From a virus, in the IMG/VR virus record IMGVR_UViG_3300045988_162176, positions 1 to 64,000 of that record: a stretch of DNA of 64,000 bases, one strand, 5' to 3'. This document shows positions 1 to 7,187 of the stretch, piece after piece. A program made the translations under genes and the position numbers. Numbering within the stretch: position 1 is the first letter of the stretch; the number at the start of each line of letters is the position of its first letter. The notes under the pieces are model-generated. The model saw only the letters and a program-made list of their open reading frames with translations, was not told the origin of the DNA and ran no database searches.

Positions 1-55
1 AAAAGATATATTGAGAAAAGATATATTGAGAAAAGATATATTGAGAAAAGATATA
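1..55. repeat. Tandem 15-nt direct repeat AAAAGATATATTGAG (about 3.6 copies, cut by window edge)
   Basis: Read at 1-15, 16-30, 31-45, partial 46-55. Last unit forms inverted repeat AAAGATATA (47-55) / TATATCTTT (71-79). Confidence 0.85.
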
Positions 56-106
56 AAGATGATTTATCCGTATATCTTTGTTATTAATTTGAAAGGAAGT
101 GTTTTT

Positions 107-1333
107 ATGGGTAGAAAAATAATTGATTTAACAGGTAAAGATTTTGGAATGTTTCATGTAGTAAAATAGAGTGAGAAAAAATATATTACAGAAAGTGGAC
201 ATTCATTAGTTTAGTGGGATTGTGTTGATAAAGATGGAAATGAATATAAATTATTAGCGCAATATTTAAAAACTTATCCTACTGAATATAATCCATATAA
301 TAAAAAAGGCCATACAGACTCTAAATATAAAAACAATAAAAATACTTGGGTTCAACAAAAAGTTAACTCTTGGAAAGAAAATAATACTACTGAAATTAAA
401 CATCAAAGAAAAAAATATGATTTAATTGGACAAGTCTTTGGAGATTGGGAAGTTCTTGAAGAAGGCGAACCATATCAAAATAAATCTACTATATATACTA
501 GACGTACATGGAGATGTGTTTGCCATCATATTTTAAACGATGGAACAGAATGTGGTAAAGTTGAAGATGTTATTGAAGCTAATCTTGTAAGAGGTAAAAG
601 TTCTTGTTGCAAAGATTGTGTAAAACTTATTTCTTCAAAGAAAATAGAAATTGGGTAGATTTATGGAAAATTAAAAGTTGTTGAGAAAATAACAAAGGAC
701 CCTACTTTAACTGATAGATAGTGTGAATGGTTGTGTGAATGCCAATGTATATTAAAGACAAAAGTAATTCGTTTTCGGAATGTGCTCTTAAGTTCTTCTT
801 CAGTTGGAAAAGCTTGTCATCAATTCGGATGTAATACTAATGAAGTCATAACTGATGAAAATGGAAATATTTTAAAAAGAAAATGTAAAATATGTGGAGA
901 AATGAAAGATGCTTCTTGTTTTAGAAGTTCGCTACAAGCAAGAAAAAATCCAGTATGCTTAGAATGCAATCCAAGGCATCCAGTTATACCAATGACTCCT
1001 GAAGAAAAAAGTCCTCATGAAAGATATAAATTTTATCAAAATCGAGCAAAAAGTAAGGATTGTGAATTGGAATTTACAGAAGAAGAATTTGATAAATTTA
1101 CTAAATAGCCATGTTTCTATTGTGGGGGATATTCTATTAGCAAACAATATCAAGATTAGTTTTGTGGAATAGATAGAGTTGATTCTAACAAAGGGTATTC
1201 AAAAGATAATTGTGTACCGTGCTGTTTTAGTTGTAATGTTATGAAAATGGGACTTGATGTTTATGATTTCTTGGACAAAGTAGAATTGATAAACAAGAAT
1301 CTGGATAATATTAAATAGGCTTTGGAAAAATAA
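107..1333 (+). CDS. HNH homing-type endonuclease, 408 aa if 7 in-frame TAG codons are sense
   Basis: ATG 107 follows GAAAGGAAG. One frame is free of TAA/TGA until TAA 1331-1333, with TAGs at 167, 212, 656, 719, 1106, 1157 and 1316. C-terminal CFYCGG...GIDRVDSNKGYSKDNCVPCCFSCNVMK HNH motif; three Cys-rich FG..L.V N-terminal modules. Confidence 0.8.
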
Positions 1334-1451
1334 TTTTTTTGATTTTTTTGAAAAATTTTTTTCATTTTTTAATTCTCGTACCCCGAAATCTACGACAAAT
1401 AATATAAAAACTAAATAAAAGTAAGTAAAAAAATGTAATTTCAAGTAATAA

Positions 1452-1480
1452 AGCTGGTTAGTGAGTAATCATTAGCCAGC
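1452..1480 (+). terminator. Stem-loop AGCTGGTTA/TAGCCAGCT downstream of the HNH gene
   Basis: 9-bp stem with one T.G pair, followed by TTTAAAT. Weak T-run. Confidence 0.4.
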
Positions 1481-1515
1481 TTTAAATATATTTATCTTTA
1501 AAGGAGTCAAAGAAA

Positions 1516-1707
1516 ATGAAAGAGTACAAGTTCATCGCCCTCATCCTCGCTATCGTTCTCATCGGTCTTGGTTGCGTAAGATTTTGCAACCATCTGGTTG
1601 AGAAAACAATTGACCAAACAATCAAGAATGCAGTTCTTGTTGAATCAAACGAGAGCGGCTACACATTAAATTTCTATGGTCAGGAATATGATTATTCCTT
1701 TGATTAA
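1516..1707 (+). CDS. hypothetical small membrane protein (63 aa)
   Basis: SD AAAGGAG about 8 nt upstream of ATG; hydrophobic FIALILAIVLIGLG segment. Confidence 0.7.
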   Translation: MKEYKFIALILAIVLIGLGCVRFCNHLVEKTIDQTIKNAVLVESNESGYTLNFYGQEYDYSFD

Positions 1708-1722
1708 AAACTTTTCAATCCG

Positions 1723-1795
1723 ACTCGTTCTGGAAGGTTAACGAGTATAAACAAATAGCCTTTCTCCAATAGTCCTGCAATAATAAATTTTAAAG
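1723..1795 (+). repeat. about 70-nt intergenic repeat, copy 1 (hairpin ACTCGTT/AACGAGT plus conserved tail)
   Basis: About 80 percent identical by eye to 2052-2121; same position upstream of the next small gene. Confidence 0.75.
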
Positions 1796-1833
1796 ACCTC
1801 CTTGGGAAAGAGGCAAAGAAAGGAACAAAAGAA

Positions 1834-2043
1834 ATGAAAAAATCCATTAATAAAATGAGCAACGAGGAGCTGCGTGTTGCAGCTACCGAAAAGAAAACCC
1901 TTAAAAATGGCAAAAAGGTCTTCACAGACAGGGCAATTGCAGCCCAAACACGACTGTATGAGGAGAGCTTCTCCTCGTGCAGCAGAGGGTATTATATACC
2001 CACGAGGGAGGATGACACCATTCTCCTAAGTGATGAGTGGTAA
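1834..2043 (+). CDS. hypothetical protein (69 aa)
   Basis: ORF track; SD AAAGGAA upstream of ATG. Confidence 0.65.
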   Translation: MKKSINKMSNEELRVAATEKKTLKNGKKVFTDRAIAAQTRLYEESFSSCSRGYYIPTREDDTILLSDEW

Positions 2044-2051
2044 CATCCCTT

Positions 2052-2121
2052 ACTCGTTCTGAAGGATTAGCGAGTATAAATAATTAGTCCTATCCCATTA
2101 GTCATTGCAATAATATTTTAA
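2052..2121 (+). repeat. about 70-nt intergenic repeat, copy 2
   Basis: Matches 1723-1795; stem kept as ACTCGT/GCGAGT with a T.G pair. Confidence 0.75.
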
Positions 2122-2172
2122 GTCCAGCGTAATGAACTGGCGCTCCCAAATAAGGGAGAGAAGGAGTAAAAA

Positions 2173-2424
2173 ATGAAGTACAACAATATCGAAATGATGC
2201 GTAACATCGCTATTGCACTCGGCATGAAGGAAACTGTTTTCAATGGGCGTACCACATTTAGTGGCACAGTAAGAGGAAAGCACGCTTTCCTCTCTGGCGA
2301 TGCTAAATATGGCTGGTTCTTAAGATTAAGTCCCAGTCGTGATTGCGACTTCATTGATGAAGTCGAATCGTACTGCATTAGCGATGAAGTTGCAGCTTTG
2401 AGAATAGTTGAAGAGTTTGGTTAA
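2173..2424 (+). CDS. hypothetical protein (83 aa)
   Basis: SD GAAGGAG 7 nt upstream of ATG. Confidence 0.7.
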   Translation: MKYNNIEMMRNIAIALGMKETVFNGRTTFSGTVRGKHAFLSGDAKYGWFLRLSPSRDCDFIDEVESYCISDEVAALRIVEEFG

Positions 2425-2457
2425 TCCAGACTCTTCTAATTCCTAAGCATTGTTAAA

Positions 2458-2494
2458 GCCCAGTATCCAATCCCTCAAAGAAAAGATACTGGGC
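2458..2494. terminator. Bidirectional stem-loop GCCCAGTATC/GATACTGGGC (cassette 1)
   Basis: 10-bp perfect stem after stop of 2173-2424; short T stretches on both strands. Confidence 0.6.
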
Positions 2495-2590
2495 TTCATA
2501 GAGTGCTTAGTGTGAATAAGCTCTCTGCTTAATTATGGATTACCTACATAGTCTATAATTAAGTACTAAATTACGAAAGGAGTGATGCAA

Positions 2591-2665
2591 ATGTAGAAAA
2601 TCACTTTTATTAATTACGCTCTCAACGTAGTTGGTATGATTATTTTGAAGAACCACAACTTCTAA
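2591..2665 (+). CDS. mini-ORF 1, MQKITFINYALNVVGMIILKNHNF (24 aa, TAG at codon 2)
   Basis: SD AAAGGAG 8 nt before ATG 2591, which is followed directly by TAG. Peptide aligns with 5 paralogous mini-ORFs. Confidence 0.55.
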
Positions 2666-2713
2666 GATAATTTTGTGCATTAAGAGGGTTGTGTAGGCAA
2701 TCCTCTCATTATC

Positions 2714-2742
2714 ATAATAACACATTTTAAAATGAATGTCAA
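2714..2742 (-). promoter_or_regulatory. antisense promoter TTGACA-N17-TATTAT with TGT extension (cassette 1)
   Basis: Minus-strand -35 at 2737-2742, -10 at 2714-2719, 17-nt spacer. Confidence 0.65.
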
Positions 2743-2776
2743 GGAAAAGACAATAAAACCAGAAAGGAAATGAAGC

Positions 2777-3178
2777 ATGTTTATTAATATGACCTCTATT
2801 ACCATCATTACCATTGCTATTCTGATTATCATAGTTGTCTATGGTCTTGTTATCAATCTTGAAGCAATGGCTCAAAATAAGAGCATGAATCCCAGAGCGA
2901 TGTTCTTGTTAATGGTCATCATTGCTATTTGCTGTGCAATTTTTGCAGACCATATTGATTACAGTAAAAGCATCCCCGCAGAAGTCTACACCAACGAAGA
3001 CGTAACTGGAGCATATAATGCTGGTTACGATGCTGGTATTGAAGAAGCCTATGCAACTACTGAGGATTGGTTCTCTAACCTTCAGTCTGTTACTATTGGT
3101 GAAGATGGAACAACAATCCATCTCATTGATGGTAATGGAGAAGAATGGGTTCTGGTAAGTGACGATTATCAGAACTAA
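2777..3178 (+). CDS. hypothetical membrane protein (133 aa)
   Basis: SD GAAAGGAAA upstream; two hydrophobic segments at the N-terminus. Confidence 0.7.
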   Translation: MFINMTSITIITIAILIIIVVYGLVINLEAMAQNKSMNPRAMFLLMVIIAICCAIFADHIDYSKSIPAEVYTNEDVTGAYNAGYDAGIEEAYATTEDWFSNLQSVTIGEDGTTIHLIDGNGEEWVLVSDDYQN

Positions 3179-3222
3179 CCTCTCGACCCGAGCAAGTCGT
3201 TAAACTACTCAAACATAACAGA

Positions 3223-3248
3223 AGGAGAGATATCCCCCTATCTCTCCT
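3223..3248. terminator. Bidirectional stem-loop AGGAGAGATA/TATCTCTCCT (cassette 2)
   Basis: 10-bp stem, C-rich loop, T-rich flank on the minus strand. Confidence 0.6.
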
Positions 3249-3308
3249 CTGTAGTGAATAAGGACCTACATCCTTGTTTGCTTCTATCAATCTTCAGGAG
3301 GTAAAATA

Positions 3309-3383
3309 ATGAAGAAAATCATTAGCATTAATTATTTCTTTAATGTTGTTGTAAGCATTATTCTCAAGAACTACAACTTCTAA
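3309..3383 (+). CDS. mini-ORF 2, MKKIISINYFFNVVVSIILKNYNF (24 aa, no TAG)
   Basis: SD AGGAGG 7 nt upstream of ATG; close paralog of mini-ORF 1. Confidence 0.55.
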   Translation: MKKIISINYFFNVVVSIILKNYNF

Positions 3384-3446
3384 TAAGATGTAATTAAATA
3401 TCCTTAATAAGAGAGGTGTGTAGGCACTTCTCTTATTCTAACAACA

Positions 3447-3475
3447 AGTATAACATATAAAGTTGTGCTTGTCAA
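3447..3475 (-). promoter_or_regulatory. antisense promoter TTGACA-N17-TATACT with TGT (cassette 2)
   Basis: -35 at 3470-3475, -10 at 3447-3452 on the minus strand. Confidence 0.65.
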
Positions 3476-3502
3476 GAGTTTTATAGAAAGGAATCAAAGA
3501 AG

Positions 3503-3838
3503 ATGAAATTAGCCGTCCATGATATCTGCAATATGTTAGTTGGTATTGCAAAACCTTGGGAAGATACTGAAGTATTCGCTCAATGGGAAGATAGAGGAGC
3601 ATTTGCTCAGTCCCACTTTGGGACAGATTATTGGCTTCACGTATATGTCTCTCCTGATAGAGTGCTAAATGAAAATAATACAACTTATTATATAAAGTTG
3701 TATTGTGAATACACACTATCTAAACTTAATATGATAGCTAGGCCAATCAAAGAAAAAAGAATACAAATTACTTCCAAGGAAGATTTTGAATCTTTCATTA
3801 TGGAAGTACGCTCTCTCAAGGAACGTTACATCGGTTAA
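3503..3838 (+). CDS. hypothetical protein (111 aa)
   Basis: SD GAAAGGAA upstream of ATG; ORF track. Confidence 0.7.
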   Translation: MKLAVHDICNMLVGIAKPWEDTEVFAQWEDRGAFAQSHFGTDYWLHVYVSPDRVLNENNTTYYIKLYCEYTLSKLNMIARPIKEKRIQITSKEDFESFIMEVRSLKERYIG

Positions 3839-3865
3839 GCATTATTAGCAGAAAGGAAAAAAGAA

Positions 3866-4207
3866 ATGAATTACTCTATTAAATTTGTTAAAAGCATCTG
3901 CATTTATGATGCTGAGTCTATTATCAACAACTTTGAACAAGGGTGGAAGCCTGAAGGGGTGGATGGCCATCACCCCGATATTGTAAGTGTTTCTAGGGTA
4001 GTAGAAATTAAATTTGAAAACGATGCTAGACTTATGAAGTACATCAAGTCTCTTCAGGAACTCAGCAAATATGATATTATTGTCATGGCTGCTGAAAGTC
4101 ACCTCGCCACTTATACATTGAACAAAAATGAGCACCGCTGGGAGAAAAAAATTGGAGGAACTGTTCGATGGTTTAATTTCGTCTCTAATCAGTGGATTAA
4201 CATCTAA
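3866..4207 (+). CDS. hypothetical protein (113 aa)
   Basis: SD GAAAGGAAA upstream of ATG. Confidence 0.7.
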   Translation: MNYSIKFVKSICIYDAESIINNFEQGWKPEGVDGHHPDIVSVSRVVEIKFENDARLMKYIKSLQELSKYDIIVMAAESHLATYTLNKNEHRWEKKIGGTVRWFNFVSNQWINI

Positions 4208-4220
4208 ACGAGGTGTATAT

Positions 4221-4412
4221 ATGAAACTCAAATATTATTACGATGGTCCTGTAACCAGATGGAACGATTACTATTGTCATTATTCTGGTTACACAATGGC
4301 AAGTAGTGACAAACAAGCCCTGAATAACTTGCGTGGCAGAATCAAGCGTGAAAAAGGCTTAACCATGGATTCTAAGCTTGAGCTTAGTTCCAAATATCTC
4401 AAGCAAGTGTAA
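4221..4412 (+). CDS. hypothetical protein (63 aa)
   Basis: Start moved to ATG 4221, preceded by GAGGTG; the longer track ORF overlaps the upstream gene. Confidence 0.6.
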   Translation: MKLKYYYDGPVTRWNDYYCHYSGYTMASSDKQALNNLRGRIKREKGLTMDSKLELSSKYLKQV

Positions 4413-4452
4413 GTATCAACAATCAATTTGACAAAAGAAAGGAATTAAAGTC

Positions 4453-4785
4453 ATGTTTAAGAAAATGAAAAACACTGTTCGCTCTCTCACCAACAATCCC
4501 ACCCATTTAGAAGCGCCTTCTCTTAGTAGAGCGCTTGATACCTATGGAAATCTGAACTGTCTGATTGATTCAGGATTAAAAGAAATCATCCGATGGTGTG
4601 CAAAAAGCACCAGAGATGATACAAAAGAGAGATACATCTTTTCTAAAAAGAACCTTGATTATGTGCTCGACCATTTGAGCACTGAGGTTCTTGTGTCTAT
4701 TCAGGTCACACCTCTTGAAGATGATAATGGTAGTATCTGGTGTTGGATGCTTACCAAAATCAAAAAGAAACGTATTTACTTCTAA
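4453..4785 (+). CDS. hypothetical protein (110 aa), paralog of 27152-27478
   Basis: SD GAAAGGAA; shares RY.FS.K..Y...L and DNGSIWC motifs with 27152-27478. Confidence 0.7.
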   Translation: MFKKMKNTVRSLTNNPTHLEAPSLSRALDTYGNLNCLIDSGLKEIIRWCAKSTRDDTKERYIFSKKNLDYVLDHLSTEVLVSIQVTPLEDDNGSIWCWMLTKIKKKRIYF

Positions 4786-4847
4786 CCAATTGGCTTAAGG
4801 CGAATCAAAAACCAAATTTAATACAGACTTGAAAGGAGTCAAAGATT

Positions 4848-5162
4848 ATGAAAAAACTTACTATTATGGGTCGCAACTATACTCTCGACCAGACTTTAAC
4901 TGAAATGAACAGTTCTTGGGGGGTTAAACATCTTTGTAAGGTGAAAAACAACTTCTGCCTTAATATCTGCAAAGGCAAGAGTTGCAAATCCTGCGAAAAA
5001 TGTGAGATTGAACAATGTTTCAATCTTTCGCTTAAGGAAATCAAAGAGGGAAAGCGTAAGGAGTTAATTCCTTGTGCTGAGTACTTCAATGATAGAACCA
5101 ATTATGGTGCTCGTCGTTATTACAATGGCAAGGGCATCAAAACCGAAGTTTGGCACATTTAA
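4848..5162 (+). CDS. hypothetical Cys-rich protein (104 aa)
   Basis: SD GAAAGGAG; CKGKSCKSCEKCEIEQC cluster. Confidence 0.7.
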   Translation: MKKLTIMGRNYTLDQTLTEMNSSWGVKHLCKVKNNFCLNICKGKSCKSCEKCEIEQCFNLSLKEIKEGKRKELIPCAEYFNDRTNYGARRYYNGKGIKTEVWHI

Positions 5163-5176
5163 GGAGGTGAAACAAT

Positions 5177-5371
5177 ATGTTCAAGATTATTAATCGTTAT
5201 GGTAAAAGCGTAACTGTATTGATTAAGATGAAAGAGGTTACTGTATTTGAAGATGACCTCTTCCCCAGCATCATTTGCTCATTCCTTAATAAGAAGGAAA
5301 TTAAACCTGATTGGTTTGTGAACAGTTTTGATTTTAACTGGTGCAAGCCTTACATGGTTGCGCGTGTTTAA
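5177..5371 (+). CDS. hypothetical protein (64 aa)
   Basis: SD TAAGGAGGTG 7 nt upstream of ATG. Confidence 0.7.
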   Translation: MFKIINRYGKSVTVLIKMKEVTVFEDDLFPSIICSFLNKKEIKPDWFVNSFDFNWCKPYMVARV

Positions 5372-5380
5372 ACATTGTTA

Positions 5381-5408
5381 GAGGGATGGAAAATAACTTC
5401 CATCCCTC
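5381..5408. terminator. Stem-loop GAGGGATGGAA/TTCCATCCCTC (cassette 3)
   Basis: 11-bp stem directly after stop of 5177-5371. Confidence 0.55.
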
Positions 5409-5499
5409 AATAGAGTGTTTAAGCCCAACTTATTCACTCACACATTAATTTAGCCTACAATAAATTAATGTCTTATTAAATTAGAAAGGAGTTTTTGCT

Positions 5500-5571
5500 A
5501 TGTAGAAAATCTTAGCAGTTGACTATTATTGGTCCACAGTAGTAGTCTTCATCATTTACAATCGTAATTAA
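5500..5571 (+). CDS. mini-ORF 3, MQKILAVDYYWSTVVVFIIYNRN (23 aa, TAG at codon 2)
   Basis: SD AAAGGAG 8 nt upstream of ATG-TAG. Stop codon lies inside the 10-bp hairpin CGTAATTAAT/ATTAATTACG. Confidence 0.55.
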
Positions 5572-5622
5572 TCCATATTAATTACGTCACAAGTAGAGAG
5601 TGTAGGCTTTCTACTTGTGTTT

Positions 5623-5651
5623 ATCTTAGCACACTTGATAATATCTGTCAA
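5623..5651 (-). promoter_or_regulatory. antisense promoter TTGACA-N17-TAAGAT with TGC (cassette 3)
   Basis: -35 at 5646-5651, -10 at 5623-5628 on the minus strand. Confidence 0.6.
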
Positions 5652-5697
5652 GTGGTAATTACAAACATTTTTTGATTTATGAAAGGAATTTAGAATT

Positions 5698-6630
5698 ATG
5701 AAGAAGATTAACCTCACCAACATCAAGAACGAAAAGTCCGTTAGCGAAGTCCTGTTCGATGCACTTAAGCCCAAAGCAATCACCAATGAACAGTCTAAAA
5801 CTGTTTATGCTCTCAAACTCTCTGTTGAGAGAGAAATTGAGAAAAGAGAAGACGGTCGTAACTGGGCTATTAGAGACCTTCCTCTTTATCTTCCTGAAGT
5901 GGATTTACACTATCAGCGTGAACCCAAAAATTATGAAGTAGCCAAAATTACCAACAACTTTAATATCAATAAAGTTGAAGTTAAAGCAGCCTCTATTCGT
6001 AAAGTTGGTAACACTTGGCATCTGTTTCTTATGGATGGTGCTCATACTTTGAGCGTTCTGCTTTATATGCAAAGCAAGGGTTTCCCCATTTATGCTATCA
6101 CTTGTAAGGTTTTTATCAATCTTACTCTGGAAGAAGAAGCAGATTTGTTTGCTACTCAGAATGAGGGCAAGACTAACCTTCGTGGCTACGAAAGATATAA
6201 AGCTGAACTTTGTGCAAAGAAGCCCACAGCAGTGATTATCAATCAGGTTACAAAGGAATTTGGTCTGACTGTTAAGACCAATCGCAATAGCACCATCAAT
6301 CGTTATAACAACATCAATGCAGTTGAAGAGCTGTATCGTATTGTTAAGCGTGATGGTGAAAACGCTCTTCGTTTTGTGTTCGCTGTTCTTCAGGGAACTG
6401 GTTGGAAGGATGATATGGTTTATACTCAGCGTATGTTGGCAGGAATTTCTGCTTGTTATAAGCACTGTGAAGATACCAAAGCGTTCAACTATTTTCTGTT
6501 GAATCTTAAGCAGTATAAGAGCTGTGATGAGTTTGTTCGTGTTGCTCAGGACAAGATTGAAGAACACGAAGGTCATCCTGCTGAAAAGATTCGTGATTAT
6601 CTTCTTACTTACATGGTTTACAAGAAGTAA
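5698..6630 (+). CDS. ParB/Srx-fold N-terminal domain protein (310 aa)
   Basis: SD GAAAGGAA. YQRE...NFN..KV......V....W.L.DGAHTL pattern resembles the ParB-like nuclease N-domain (DGQHR-type); assigned by eye. Confidence 0.6.
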   Translation: MKKINLTNIKNEKSVSEVLFDALKPKAITNEQSKTVYALKLSVEREIEKREDGRNWAIRDLPLYLPEVDLHYQREPKNYEVAKITNNFNINKVEVKAASIRKVGNTWHLFLMDGAHTLSVLLYMQSKGFPIYAITCKVFINLTLEEEADLFATQNEGKTNLRGYERYKAELCAKKPTAVIINQVTKEFGLTVKTNRNSTINRYNNINAVEELYRIVKRDGENALRFVFAVLQGTGWKDDMVYTQRMLAGISACYKHCEDTKAFNYFLLNLKQYKSCDEFVRVAQDKIEEHEGHPAEKIRDYLLTYMVYKK

Positions 6631-6638
6631 AAGAAAAG

Positions 6639-6668
6639 AGACTGATAGCTGTCCAAACTACCAGTCTC
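6639..6668. terminator. Bidirectional stem-loop GAGACTG/CAGTCTC (cassette 4)
   Basis: 7-bp stem; TTTTCTTTT on the minus strand after the stem. Confidence 0.55.
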
Positions 6669-6732
6669 ATTTAAGACACCAGACTCCTGTAAAGTCTGTT
6701 TACATAATTACTCACAGAAAGGAGTATATCAC

Positions 6733-6804
6733 ATGAAAAAATATCTTTATGTCGATATGGTTGCATAGGTTTTTGCAATCAGAGTCCTCTACAACAGGAA
6801 TTAA
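6733..6804 (+). CDS. mini-ORF 4, MKKYLYVDMVAQVFAIRVLYNRN (23 aa, TAG at codon 12)
   Basis: SD AAAGGAG 8 nt upstream of ATG. C-terminal YNRN shared with mini-ORFs 3 and 5, with Arg coded by AGG here and CGT there. Confidence 0.55.
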
Positions 6805-6873
6805 TGAAATAATCGGGGACTAAAACCTACACTCGTCAAGTAAAAGTTACAGGCTACCTTGCTTGATGAGTGT

Positions 6874-6902
6874 AATATAACACAAACAACAACACTTGTC
6901 AA
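6874..6902 (-). promoter_or_regulatory. antisense promoter TTGACA-N17-TATATT with TGT (cassette 4)
   Basis: -35 at 6897-6902, -10 at 6874-6879 on the minus strand. Confidence 0.6.
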
Positions 6903-6959
6903 GTACTTTGTAAAAATTTCTTTTAAATACTTGACACCATTAAGAAAGGAAAGTATAAT

Positions 6960-7151
6960 ATGACCAATAATAAAATTAATTTCACCATTGAAACCCTCAA
7001 TGATAACGGTTCTGGTATGAAATATACTTCTAAGGAAGAATTCATGAAAGAACTGGGTTTAATGATTGATGATTGTATTGCCAATGGCGGTACATTCTTC
7101 GACATTCAGGTTGATTCTGATGCAAGTTGCTTCTGCACTGATGAGGACTAA
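6960..7151 (+). CDS. hypothetical protein (63 aa)
   Basis: SD GAAAGGAAAG upstream of ATG. Confidence 0.65.
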   Translation: MTNNKINFTIETLNDNGSGMKYTSKEEFMKELGLMIDDCIANGGTFFDIQVDSDASCFCTDED

Positions 7152-7187
7152 ACAACCTTTGTGATTTAAGAAGGGAAGTAAAAAATT

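Larger units (their letters stand above)
2455..2707 (-). ncRNA. predicted antisense RNA of cassette 1 (about 250 nt)
   Basis: Runs from the inferred start site below promoter 2714-2742 to the bidirectional hairpin 2458-2494. 5' end is hairpin AGAGG..CCTCT. No SD-led ORF. Confidence 0.45.
3220..3440 (-). ncRNA. predicted antisense RNA of cassette 2 (about 220 nt)
   Basis: Runs from promoter 3447-3475 to hairpin 3223-3248; 5' hairpin AATAAGAGA/TCTCTTATT. Confidence 0.45.
5378..5616 (-). ncRNA. predicted antisense RNA of cassette 3 (about 240 nt)
   Basis: Runs from promoter 5623-5651 to hairpin 5381-5408; 5' hairpin CAAGTAG/CTACTTG. Confidence 0.45.
6636..6867 (-). ncRNA. predicted antisense RNA of cassette 4 (about 230 nt)
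   Basis: Runs from promoter 6874-6902 to hairpin 6639-6668. Confidence 0.45.

Noticed and set aside
2585-2590. First ATG (2585) as the start of mini-ORF 1
   Set aside because: It lies only 2 nt from the SD, whereas the second ATG (2591) has the 8-nt spacing seen in the other cassettes and restores the ATG-TAG alignment.
6931-6959. Apparent plus-strand TTGACA-N17-TATAAT promoter upstream of gene 6960
   Set aside because: The -10 hexamer abuts the ATG, so a transcript would start inside the ORF and lack the start codon. The TATAAT is part of a duplicated SD leader that is also present at 7474-7494.
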